Source: Dehalococcoidia bacterium (GTDB lineage Bacteria; Chloroflexota; Dehalococcoidia; UBA2979). Taken from it: a DNA stretch of 64,000 nt. The notes under the pieces are model-generated. The model made no database searches and was not told the origin of the DNA. It saw nothing but the letters and a program-made list of their open reading frames with translations. The stretch spans positions 704,001-768,000 of the forward strand of contig OZ219871.1 of the NCBI GenBank assembly GCA_964291495.2, read 5' to 3'. Of the stretch, positions 40,081-48,761 are shown one piece after another (the first letter of the stretch is position 1; each line of letters opens with the position of its first letter). The position numbers were made by a program, and so were the translations under genes.

Positions 40081-40365
40081 CTACGGCCCATCGCCCCGCA
40101 CGGTCAGGGGCGTGGCCGCCGGGACGCCGTCCGGGAACAGCCCTCGGAAGCGGGCGTTCACGAACTCCGGCGAGCCGATGATGTACGCCACGTACTCGCC
40201 CGCGACGAGGGCGTAGACGGCCGCGACGTCGCGGTCCTCCGCGCAGGCCCCGAGGTCATCGACGCTCCCGCCCTCGTAGACCACGAGGCTGAAGCTCCCC
40301 GCGATCTCGCACAGACCGAGGCGGCCCACCGTGCCTCCGCCGAGTAAGCGACGGCGCCTCACCAC
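40081..40365 (-). CDS. Small hypothetical protein or orphan domain fragment
   Basis: Protein-like stretch FSLVVYEGGSVDDLGACAE...YIIGSPEFVNARFRGLFPDG in an otherwise empty gap. Start uncertain. Confidence 0.45.
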   Translation of the reverse strand: MVRRRRLLGGGTVGRLGLCEIAGSFSLVVYEGGSVDDLGACAEDRDVAAVYALVAGEYVAYIIGSPEFVNARFRGLFPDGVPAATPLTVRGDGP

Positions 40366-40416
40366 CTGATACCCAGTCTCTTGCACAGCCCGCTGCGACC
40401 GTGGTACCGTCGTCGG

Positions 40417-40442
40417 CCATATGAGACGTAGTATCACTATGG
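40417..40442. promoter_or_regulatory. Putative Zur/Fur-family box upstream of znuA
   Basis: Imperfect 7-1-7 palindrome TGAGACG-T-AGTATCA (40422-40436) flanked by CCATA/TATGG. Confidence 0.5.
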
Positions 40443-40482
40443 CGCCGCAGCAATGACCGCCCAGCTGGAAGGAACCCAAATC

Positions 40483-41802
40483 GTGCGGAACATCATGGGA
40501 TTGCGGACGCTCGCGACCGCGCTGCTGCTCGCGCTCGCGCTCGCCGCGGCGGCGTGCGCGAGCGACGACGGCGATGACGGTGATGCCGGTGATGCCAGCC
40601 AGGCTGCGGCACAGCCTCCGCAAGTTGAGGAGCGTCTCCAGGTTGTCGCGTCCACCGGCATCATCGCCCACTTTGCCGAACAGATCGCCGGAGACGACGC
40701 CGACGTCGTGTCCGTGATCCCGCCGGGCGCGGACGCGCACAGCTTCACCCCCACCACCACCGCCATCCGCAACATCGCCGCCGCCGACCTCGTGATCGTC
40801 AACGGCTATAACCTCGAAGAGAGCACCCTGGCCACCATCTTCGAGAACCTGCCTGAGGATGCCACGCTCGTTGTCGCCACCGCCGGCATCGCCCCCCTCG
40901 AGGGCGGCCACCACCACCACGAGGACGAACACGGCCACGACGAGGACGAGGACGAACACGGCCACGACGAGGACGAGGACGAACACGGCCACGACGAGGA
41001 CGAGGACGGCCACGACCACGACGAGGACGAAGAAGGCCACGACGACGAAGAGGGCCACGACCACGACGAGGACGAGGACGGCCACGACGACGACGAAGAG
41101 GGCCACGACCACGACGAGGACGAAGAAGGCCACGACGACGACGAAGAGGGCCACGACCACGACGAGGACGAAGAAGGCCACGACGACGAAGAGGGCCACG
41201 ACCACGACGAGGACGAGGACGAGCACGGCCACGACGACGAGAAGATGAAGGTCGCCGCGGAGCACGAGCTCGCAGTCGCCGATGGCGACCCGCACATGTG
41301 GCTGACCGTCCCGAACGCGATGGTCTACGTGCGCAACATCGCCAACGCGATCGTCGCCGCCGACCCGGACAACGGCGCCGCCTACCGCGAGCGCGAGGCG
41401 GCCTACCTCGCCGAGCTACAGCAACTCGACGAGGAGGTGCGGGCCACAATCGCCGGCATTCCGGAGGAAAGCCGCGTGCTGATCGTCTACCACGACGCCT
41501 TCCAGTACTTCGCCGCCGAGTACGGGCTCGAGCTGGCCGCGTCCCTGCTGCCGGGTAACCCCTCGCAGCAGGCGAGCGCCGCCGCCGTCGCCGAGATCAT
41601 CGAGATCGTGGCCGGCCGCCAGGTCGGCGCCGTCTACCGCGAGCCGCAGTTCGCCGCGACCGCACTCGAGGCGATCGCTGAGGAGGCGGGCGTGCGCGCG
41701 CTGACGATCTACTCCGCCGCCTTCACGGACGAGGTCGACAGCTACGTCAAGCTGATGCGGGCGAACGCGGACGCGCTGGTCGAAGGGCTTGGCGGCGGGT
41801 AG
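40483..41802 (+). CDS. znuA: Zn/Mn ABC substrate-binding lipoprotein with very long His/acidic loop
   Basis: Lipobox AAAC, DAH, DPHMW and HDAF ligands, His/Asp/Glu insertion. Confidence 0.9.
   Translation: MRNIMGLRTLATALLLALALAAAACASDDGDDGDAGDASQAAAQPPQVEERLQVVASTGIIAHFAEQIAGDDADVVSVIPPGADAHSFTPTTTAIRNIAAADLVIVNGYNLEESTLATIFENLPEDATLVVATAGIAPLEGGHHHHEDEHGHDEDEDEHGHDEDEDEHGHDEDEDGHDHDEDEEGHDDEEGHDHDEDEDGHDDDEEGHDHDEDEEGHDDDEEGHDHDEDEEGHDDEEGHDHDEDEDEHGHDDEKMKVAAEHELAVADGDPHMWLTVPNAMVYVRNIANAIVAADPDNGAAYREREAAYLAELQQLDEEVRATIAGIPEESRVLIVYHDAFQYFAAEYGLELAASLLPGNPSQQASAAAVAEIIEIVAGRQVGAVYREPQFAATALEAIAEEAGVRALTIYSAAFTDEVDSYVKLMRANADALVEGLGGG
40909..41241 (+). repeat. Coding tandem repeats (GHD[H]DEDEE units)
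   Basis: Imperfect 21-27 bp units encoding about 111 aa of H/D/E/G only. Confidence 0.9.
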
Positions 41803-41832
41803 CGCTCGCAGGGCAGAGGGCGGAGCGGGCCG

Positions 41833-42654
41833 GTGACGTCTCATCGCGAGCCCACGCACACGTGTGGCCCGCTCGCGCTCGAGGTCAGCGGCCTCTGGGC
41901 CGGTTACCCCGGCAAGCCGCCTGCGATCGAGGACGTCAGCTTCGACGTCCCGCAGGGGGAGATGGTCGGCCTCGTCGGGCCGAACGGGGCCGGCAAGTCC
42001 ACGCTCTTCAAGTCGATCCTCGGCGTCATGCGTCCGCTGCTCGGCGAGGTGCGTGTCTTCGGGCGCCCCGTCTCGGAGACGCGGTCGGACGTCGCCTACA
42101 CCCCGCAGGTCGAGGAGGTCGACTGGGAGTTCCCGGTCAGCGTTCGCGACGTGGTGCTGATGGGCCGCTGGCGTGGGACCAGCCCGTTCCGTCGCTGGTC
42201 GCGCGAGGACCGCGAGGCCGCCGAGGACGCACTCGAGCGCGTCGGCCTCGCCGAGCTCTCCGGGCGGCAGGTCGGCGAGCTATCGGGCGGGCAGCGCCGC
42301 CGCGTGCTGATCGCCCGCTCGATCGCGCGAGGCGCGCGGCTGCTGCTGCTCGACGAGCCATTCGCCGGCCTCGACGCCGCCGTCGAGCACGACCTGCTCG
42401 TGATCCTCGGCGAGCTCACCCACGAGGGCTGCAGCATCCTGATCGCCACGCACGACATCTCCTGCGTTGCGAACGCCTGCCACGGGGCGTGCTGCCTGAA
42501 CCGCCGCGTGCAGGGCTACGGGCCGCCCGCCGACGTGCTCACCGAGGACGTGCTCTCGCGCACCTTCGAGCGCGCGCTCGTCCCGGTCGGCGCGGATCGC
42601 GAGTTCGTGGTCGCCGCGGGCACGGCGCCGCCCGGGCGGTCTGAGGGCGGATGA
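41833..42654 (+). CDS. znuC: Metal ABC transporter ATPase
   Basis: GPNGAGKST, LSGGQ, LDEP, Y.PQ...DWEFP, C.CLN. Confidence 0.9.
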   Translation: MTSHREPTHTCGPLALEVSGLWAGYPGKPPAIEDVSFDVPQGEMVGLVGPNGAGKSTLFKSILGVMRPLLGEVRVFGRPVSETRSDVAYTPQVEEVDWEFPVSVRDVVLMGRWRGTSPFRRWSREDREAAEDALERVGLAELSGRQVGELSGGQRRRVLIARSIARGARLLLLDEPFAGLDAAVEHDLLVILGELTHEGCSILIATHDISCVANACHGACCLNRRVQGYGPPADVLTEDVLSRTFERALVPVGADREFVVAAGTAPPGRSEGG

Positions 42655-43508
42655 TCGTGGAACTCGCGGAGTGGCTGATCGCGCCCTACGAGTACACGTT
42701 CATGCGACGCGCGCTCGGCTCGCTGCTGATCGTCAGCCTGGTCGGCTCGGTCGTCGGCACCTTCGTCGTGCACAAGGGGTTGGCGGCGTCGGGCAACGGG
42801 CTCGCGCACGCGACGCTGGGCGGAGTTGCGATCGCCTTCGTCAACGGCGCCAGCGTAGCGCTGGGCGCCCTCGCCGCGGCCGTCGCGACGGCGCTCGGCA
42901 TCGGCTACGCGCGGCGCACCTCGCGCGTCAGCTACGACACGGCGATCGCGATCTTCTTCGTCTCCGCTTTCTCGCTCGGCATCCTCGTGATCTCGCGCCG
43001 CTCGACCTACACGCCGGACCTCCTCTCCTTCGTGTTCGGCGACATCCTCGGCGTCTCGCGGGCGGACCTGGTCGGCGAGCTCGCGCTTGCCGTCGTCGTG
43101 ATCGGCTTCGTGCTCGCCTTCTACCGGGAGATGGTGATGGTCGCCTACGACCCCGGAATGGCGGCTGCGGCCGGGGTGCGGACTGGGTTCTTCGAATTCT
43201 CGCTGCTGGTCCTGATCGCGCTCGCAGTGGTGGTGGCGCTGCAGGCGATCGGCATCGTGCTGGTCACGGCGACGCTGATCATCCCGCCGGCGACGGCGAG
43301 CCTGCTGTTCCGGCGGATCCCGCTGATCATGGCGACAGGGTTCCTGATCGGCGCGGCCACCTCCGTGGCCGGCCTGTACGCCTCGTTCCACGCGGGCGTC
43401 GCCGCCAGTCCCGCCATCGTGCTCTCCGCGACGGCCACCTTCACCGTCGCGCTGCTGGCCACCTCGCTGCGCCGCACGCGCCTCCCGGCTCCCGCAACCG
43501 CCGAGTAG
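42651..43508 (+). CDS. znuB: Metal ABC transporter permease (ABC-3)
   Basis: FM.RAL, LAHATLGG, FGDILGV, LIIPPATA. Confidence 0.9.
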   Translation: MIVELAEWLIAPYEYTFMRRALGSLLIVSLVGSVVGTFVVHKGLAASGNGLAHATLGGVAIAFVNGASVALGALAAAVATALGIGYARRTSRVSYDTAIAIFFVSAFSLGILVISRRSTYTPDLLSFVFGDILGVSRADLVGELALAVVVIGFVLAFYREMVMVAYDPGMAAAAGVRTGFFEFSLLVLIALAVVVALQAIGIVLVTATLIIPPATASLLFRRIPLIMATGFLIGAATSVAGLYASFHAGVAASPAIVLSATATFTVALLATSLRRTRLPAPATAE

Positions 43509-43639
43509 CGCGCCCCAATCGCGAGGGCGCGAGGGCGCCCTGAGTGCTCCCAGGCATGCTCGTAACGAGCCGATACGGCGCTGAGCGCACCGTCGGCGCC
43601 GTCGGTCGAGCGTCGGGAACTACGTCCGGGCGCGAAAGC

Positions 43640-44386
43640 TCACGCCGTTCCGCCGGTCCTCTCAGTCCCCCGGGATGAGCCCTGCATCGCGGCGAAGTGT
43701 CGCTCTACCCGGCCTGTCAGCAGCATCGCGGCAATCACGACAAGCCACAGCACGAAGGCGATACCGCTGATCCTGTGGACGATCGTTGCGGCATCCACCC
43801 AGATGAACTGCATCCCGATTCCGAGCGCCAGCGAACCCGGTGCAATGCGACGGAGGGCACCGCCGGCCTTCCACTGTCGCTGCGCCGCCGCCAGCAGCGC
43901 CAGTCCCGCGGCCGCGAACCCTGCCGCGCCGGTGATCCAGCGGACGCTCGCGATCGCCTCGGTCGAGCCTTCCACGACGCTGAGGGCTGCGGCCTCCGAC
44001 GCCGCTGGCGCGGACGCGGCGAGCGCGAGGGCGCACACGCCGGATACGGCGGTGAAGGCGCCCGAGACGGCGAGCAGCAGGGGAACGAGCGGAGTGCCGA
44101 GTCGTTCTCGAACGATCCAGGTACACCAGAGGAACCAGGCCCCGGCGATCAGCGCGAGGGCGGAGACAAGACGCGCGGCGCCGCTCACGCTGTACATGGC
44201 CTTGTCGGCGGCAATCGCGCGGATCGATTCCAGCAGGTCCGGTTGGTCGGCATCCGCGGAGACACGCGCAAACACCATCACCACGGTGGCAGCCGCCGTG
44301 AGCAGCAAGAGCAGGCCCGCCTTTCGCGCAGCGGGATCCCGAGGCCGACCGAGGGCGGTCGTCACTGCTTGACCTGACCTGTCCAC
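43640..44386 (-). CDS. Integral membrane protein (DUF4386-like)
   Basis: About 6 hydrophobic segments, no catalytic motif recognised. Confidence 0.65.
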   Translation of the reverse strand: MDRSGQAVTTALGRPRDPAARKAGLLLLLTAAATVVMVFARVSADADQPDLLESIRAIAADKAMYSVSGAARLVSALALIAGAWFLWCTWIVRERLGTPLVPLLLAVSGAFTAVSGVCALALAASAPAASEAAALSVVEGSTEAIASVRWITGAAGFAAAGLALLAAAQRQWKAGGALRRIAPGSLALGIGMQFIWVDAATIVHRISGIAFVLWLVVIAAMLLTGRVERHFAAMQGSSRGTERTGGTA

Positions 44387-44400
44387 GCGCCGGACTCCGC

Positions 44401-45432
44401 CTACGGCAGCACGCCGGCCGAACGCAGCAGGCGCAGCGTGCCCTCGAGGTCCGCGAGGTCGCTCAGGTCGATCGGCGGCGGCTGCAGGTCGGCGATGGGC
44501 GTGAGGTGGGGGGCGCTCGGCACGCCCGCGATCAGCGGGTACTCGGAGTTCGTCTCCGCGTAGTAGCGCTGCGCCTCCTCGCCGAGCATGAACTCGAGGA
44601 ACTTCCGCGCCTCGTCGCTGCGGTCCGAGGTCTTGAGGACGCCGGCGCCCGCCACGTTGACGAGCGTGCCGATGTCCCCCGGGCCGGTGTGGTAGTTGCG
44701 CGCGGGGAAGCCCTCGCCCTCCTCGGCAAGGAAGCGGTGCAGGTAGTAGTGGTTGACGAGGCCGACGTCGACCTCGCCGCGGCCGACGGCGGCGACGATC
44801 GACACGTTGTTCGGGAACTCGGCCGCGTCGTTCGCCTTCATGCCCTCAAGCCAGGCGCGCGCGGCCTCCTCGCCCTCGCCGACGCGCAGCGCGGTGACCC
44901 ACGCCTGGAACGAGCCGTTGGCGGGCGCCCAGGCGACGCGGTCGCGCCACTTCGGGTCGGTCAGCTCGAGGATCGAGGTCGGCAGCTCGGAGGGCTCGAG
45001 GACGTCCGTGTTGTAGATCAGCACGCGCGCGCGGCCGGAGAGCCCGACCCACTGTCCCTCGCGCGAGCGGTAGGCCGACGGCACGAGGTCAAGGATGTCG
45101 TCGTCGAGGTCGGCGAACAGTCCGGCCGCCTGCACAGCGCCGAGCGCGCCCGCGTCCTGTGCGATGTAGAGGTCGGCCGGGCTCTGCTCGCCCTCCTCGA
45201 TGAGGAGCGCGGCGAGCTGGGCGGTGCCGCCGTAGCGCACCTTGACGTTGATGCCGGTCTCCTCGGCAAAGCGCTGGAGGAGGGGCCCGACCAGGTCCGG
45301 GCTGCGGCCCGAGTAGATCGTGAGCTCCCGCTCGTCATCGTCGCCGCAGCCGACGGCAAGCAGCGCGCCGGCCGCGGCGACCGCCAGCACCCCGATCGAC
45401 AGCAGCCGCAAGACACTTCCTCGTGACGTCAT
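44401..45432 (-). CDS. Fe3+ ABC substrate-binding lipoprotein (FbpA/FutA-like)
   Basis: Lipobox AVGC, IYSGR, EG..SPAD, W.GLSGRAR, VNHYY tandem Tyr ligands. Confidence 0.9.
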   Translation of the reverse strand: MTSRGSVLRLLSIGVLAVAAAGALLAVGCGDDDERELTIYSGRSPDLVGPLLQRFAEETGINVKVRYGGTAQLAALLIEEGEQSPADLYIAQDAGALGAVQAAGLFADLDDDILDLVPSAYRSREGQWVGLSGRARVLIYNTDVLEPSELPTSILELTDPKWRDRVAWAPANGSFQAWVTALRVGEGEEAARAWLEGMKANDAAEFPNNVSIVAAVGRGEVDVGLVNHYYLHRFLAEEGEGFPARNYHTGPGDIGTLVNVAGAGVLKTSDRSDEARKFLEFMLGEEAQRYYAETNSEYPLIAGVPSAPHLTPIADLQPPPIDLSDLADLEGTLRLLRSAGVLP

Positions 45433-45474
45433 CGCTACCCCGCAGAATTCGTCCCAGCCTACCAGCGTCAGACG

Positions 45475-45512
45475 TTGACACTATGACCATATATTAGGTT
45501 AGACTGCATTTC
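45475..45512 (+). promoter_or_regulatory. Promoter with DtxR/IdeR-like half-site in divergent intergenic region
   Basis: TTGACA at 45475. TTAGGTTAGACT at 45494 matches the left half of the DtxR consensus TTAGGTTAGGCTAACCTAA. AT-rich. Confidence 0.55.
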
Positions 45513-45586
45513 GGCATCAGTCCAGAGCCTTACGAGGTCATAGCGCGAATCGTACCACGGATCCCCTCCAAGCGAACAAGGGAGCA

Positions 45587-48500
45587 ATGCCTGGACTCAT
45601 GACGAACGTGGCAGGCAGCACAGGACAACTCCGGGGGCCCGCCCTGCTTGGCCGGCGCTCGCGCTGGCTCGTGGCGGCGCTGCTTACCGTCGTCGCCGCT
45701 GTCGTGGTCCTCCGCGCCGCCGATGGCGCGCTGCTGCGGGAGGGCATCGCCGAGCTGGCGAGGCGCCCCGCATTGCTCGCGCTCCTCTTCGGCGGCTACG
45801 CCGCAGCGTTCGTGCTGCGGGCGTTCGCCTGGCGCGTGCTGCTCGGGCGCGCCCGCGGAGGCGCAAGCAGCGGACGGCTGATCGCGATCCTCCACGCCGC
45901 CCTGCTCGCCAACCACGCGCTGCCCGTCAAGGCGGGCGAGCTGCTGCGACCGGCCCTCGCAGCCCGCGCCGGCATCCCGATCGCCGACGCGACCGTCTCG
46001 ACGGTCGTCGCCCGGGTGCTCGACATCGCCGCGCTGCTCGCGATCGCCGCCGCCCTGCTGCCGCTGACCGCGGGTGGGGATGGCGCGACGGTACTCGCCA
46101 TTCCGGCGCTGCTGCTCGCCGCCGTTGCCGTCGGGCTGCTCTGGTTCCGCGGCACGAGCCTCGCCGGAACCGGCTTCGAGATGTTCGACCGGCTCTGGAC
46201 GCACGCGCGTGACTCGCTCCGCGCGCTCCCGCTTCGCGCCGTCCTGGTCGCGTTCGCCATCACCGTGCCGGGCTGGCTGCTGGAGTCCGTCGTCCTCTAC
46301 GCGGCGGCGCAGGCGCTCGGCCTCGAACTCTCATTGCCAGCGGCAGCCGCGGTGACGGCGTTCACGATCCTCTTCCAGATCGTGCATCTCACGCCCGGCG
46401 GGATCGGCGTCTACGAGGCGAGCATGACCGCCGCCCTGCAGGCGCAGGGCATGCCGGGCGGCGAGGCGCTGACGCTCGCTGTGCTCACGCACGGGCTCAA
46501 GTTCGCCTACGCCTTCGGCCTCGGGGCGCCGCTCACGCTGCTCGCCGTCGGCGGGGTGCCGTCGCTCAGCCGCCTGCGCGGCAGCCGCGAGGACTCGAAG
46601 CGCGCCGGCCGCTTCGAGATCGTGGCGGCCCGGCTCTGGAACGTGCTCAACGAGGGCAAGCCGTTCACCCCCGTGTTCGTCGCCGGCGTGCTGCTGCTGC
46701 TCGGCCTCCCGCACTTCGCCGACGGCGGCTACTGGCTCAGGCAGCTGGTCGCACTCGTCGCGCTGCTGCCGCTGTTCGCCCTGTTCTATCGCTACGCCTT
46801 CCCGCTGCACCTGCGCGGCGGGTTGTGGGTGCTGCTCGCGGCCTGCCTCGCGCTGTTCCGCTTCATCGACGTGCAGGCGATCGCTCTCGTGTTCGCGTTG
46901 TACCTGGGCTTCACCGTCGTGCTCTGGGGCAGCGTCTACTACCACCTGCGCATCGGCACGCCGTGGACGAACGGGCTGCGTTTCTGGCGGCTCGTGCTCG
47001 AGAACCCGGACCCGACGAGCGGGAACTTCCTCGAGCAGGTTCCCAAGGTGCTCATCCTCGTGCTGCTCTCCGGCTTCCTCGTGGACCACCCGGGCCCGCT
47101 CTCGATCGCGGCCGTCGAGGCGTTCACGCTCGGCGCCGCCGTCCTCACCGTACTCACCCACCAGTGGTGGTTCACCTGGGCGCCGCCCGACCCACTGGCG
47201 CCGACGCGGCTGCGTAACGAGGGTGGCCCCGCGCTCTGCCGCCGCGTGATCCTGATCGTGATCGACGGCTGCCGCGCCGACCGGCTCGCCGAGGCGCGCA
47301 CGCCGTTCCTCGACCGTCTCGCCGCCGAGGGCCTCGCCTGCGAGGACATGCGCACGGTCTACCCGGCGCGCACGGTCACCGCGTTCACCTCGATGCTGAC
47401 GGGTGCGACGCCGCGCGTGCACGGCATGCGCAGCAACTTCGTGCCCTCGCTCGGCGCGAAGTGCGAGTCGATCTTCGACGTGCTGGAGCAGCGCGGCATG
47501 CGCGGCCGCCTCGCCGGCATCGCCCACCTCGTCGACTCGTTCGGCGAGGAGGCCGTCGAGACGGTCACCGCCGTCACGCCGAACGAGGAGATCGACGACG
47601 CGCTCGTCGCCCGCGCGCGCGAGGTCATGCGGCGCGACGACCCCGAGCTGCTGGTCCTGCAGACGCTGTCGGTCGACCAGACGGGCCACGCGCGCGGCAG
47701 CTACTACCCCGAGTACCTCGAGCGCATCGAGGCGACAGACCGGCTGCTCGAGGAGTTCGTGGGCTGGTGCCGCGCGGAGGGCTACCTCGACGGCGCGACG
47801 CTGATCGTGACCTCCGACCACGGACAGGGTCGCGGCATCGGCGGGCACGGCCACCTCACCGAGCCGGAGCGCCGCGTGCCCTTCATCGCCTGGGGCGAGG
47901 GCGTCCCGCGCGGCGTGCGCATCGAGGACGACCGGAGCCTGCTCGATGTCGCGCCGACGCTTGCGTACTACCTCGGGGTCCCGCCGCCGGCACGGTCGGT
48001 CGGCCAGGTGCTGTTCACGCCGGACGGCGTGCCGCCGCGCGACGACGGCCCGCTCGCGATCGTCATCCCGGCCTACAACGAGGCCGAGGTGCTGCCGGAG
48101 GTGCTCGCCCGCATCCCGCGCGCGCAGCTCGGCGAGACCGTTGCGATCGTGGTCGACGACGGCTCCGAGGACGGCACCGCCCTCGTCGCGGAACGCACGG
48201 GCGCGGACCTCGTGGTGCGGCACGAGCGCAATCGCGGCCTCGGTGCGGCGCTGCGCACGGGCCTCGAGACCGCGCGCGGGCTCAACGCGCGTGCCGCCGT
48301 CTACCTGGACGCCGACCTCGAGTATGACCCGGCGGAGATCCCGGCGCTGCTCGCGCCGATCGAGGCCGGCGAGGCGGACTACGTCCTCGGCTCGCGCTTC
48401 CTCGGACGCCGCGAGGGGCACGCGCTGTGGCGCTCCTCGGGCAACCGGGTCTTCACGCTGGCGCTGAGCTTCGCCGCCGGCCGGCGCATCTCCGACGGGC

Positions 48501-48724
48501 AGACGGGGTTCCGCGCCTTCTCGGCGCGGGCGCTCAACGTGGCGGAGATCGTCCACGACTACAACTACGCGCAGGTCCTCACGCTGGACCTGCTGCACAA
48601 GGGGATGCGCCTCGCCGAGGCGCCGATCTCCTACCGCAGCCGCACCCGCGGCCGCTCATTCATCAACGGGCACTACCTCTGGCGCGTGCCACTCGGCATG
48701 GCGCGGGAGTTGTTGGGCAGTTAG
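45587..48724 (+). CDS. Fusion: LPG-synthase-TM/flippase-like domain + membrane module + alkaline-phosphatase-superfamily domain + GT2 glycosyltransferase
   Basis: NHALPVKAGELLR and TPGGIGVYE (flippase-like). IVIDGCRAD, PARTV, DQTGH, TSDHG (AlkP). IPAYNE, VDDGSED, DAD, SDGQTGFRA (GT2). Single uninterrupted ORF. Confidence 0.88.
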   Translation: MPGLMTNVAGSTGQLRGPALLGRRSRWLVAALLTVVAAVVVLRAADGALLREGIAELARRPALLALLFGGYAAAFVLRAFAWRVLLGRARGGASSGRLIAILHAALLANHALPVKAGELLRPALAARAGIPIADATVSTVVARVLDIAALLAIAAALLPLTAGGDGATVLAIPALLLAAVAVGLLWFRGTSLAGTGFEMFDRLWTHARDSLRALPLRAVLVAFAITVPGWLLESVVLYAAAQALGLELSLPAAAAVTAFTILFQIVHLTPGGIGVYEASMTAALQAQGMPGGEALTLAVLTHGLKFAYAFGLGAPLTLLAVGGVPSLSRLRGSREDSKRAGRFEIVAARLWNVLNEGKPFTPVFVAGVLLLLGLPHFADGGYWLRQLVALVALLPLFALFYRYAFPLHLRGGLWVLLAACLALFRFIDVQAIALVFALYLGFTVVLWGSVYYHLRIGTPWTNGLRFWRLVLENPDPTSGNFLEQVPKVLILVLLSGFLVDHPGPLSIAAVEAFTLGAAVLTVLTHQWWFTWAPPDPLAPTRLRNEGGPALCRRVILIVIDGCRADRLAEARTPFLDRLAAEGLACEDMRTVYPARTVTAFTSMLTGATPRVHGMRSNFVPSLGAKCESIFDVLEQRGMRGRLAGIAHLVDSFGEEAVETVTAVTPNEEIDDALVARAREVMRRDDPELLVLQTLSVDQTGHARGSYYPEYLERIEATDRLLEEFVGWCRAEGYLDGATLIVTSDHGQGRGIGGHGHLTEPERRVPFIAWGEGVPRGVRIEDDRSLLDVAPTLAYYLGVPPPARSVGQVLFTPDGVPPRDDGPLAIVIPAYNEAEVLPEVLARIPRAQLGETVAIVVDDGSEDGTALVAERTGADLVVRHERNRGLGAALRTGLETARGLNARAAVYLDADLEYDPAEIPALLAPIEAGEADYVLGSRFLGRREGHALWRSSGNRVFTLALSFAAGRRISDGQTGFRAFSARALNVAEIVHDYNYAQVLTLDLLHKGMRLAEAPISYRSRTRGRSFINGHYLWRVPLGMARELLGS

Positions 48725-48761
48725 CCAGAGCGCCACCCGGCGCGGAGGGAGGAATCGAGTC

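Noticed and set aside
40909-41241. Repeat array as possible CRISPR
   Set aside because: In-frame coding repeats with no unique spacers and no cas genes.
43570-43610. GC hairpin between znuB and the convergent gene as a terminator
   Set aside because: Imperfect stem and no U-tract.
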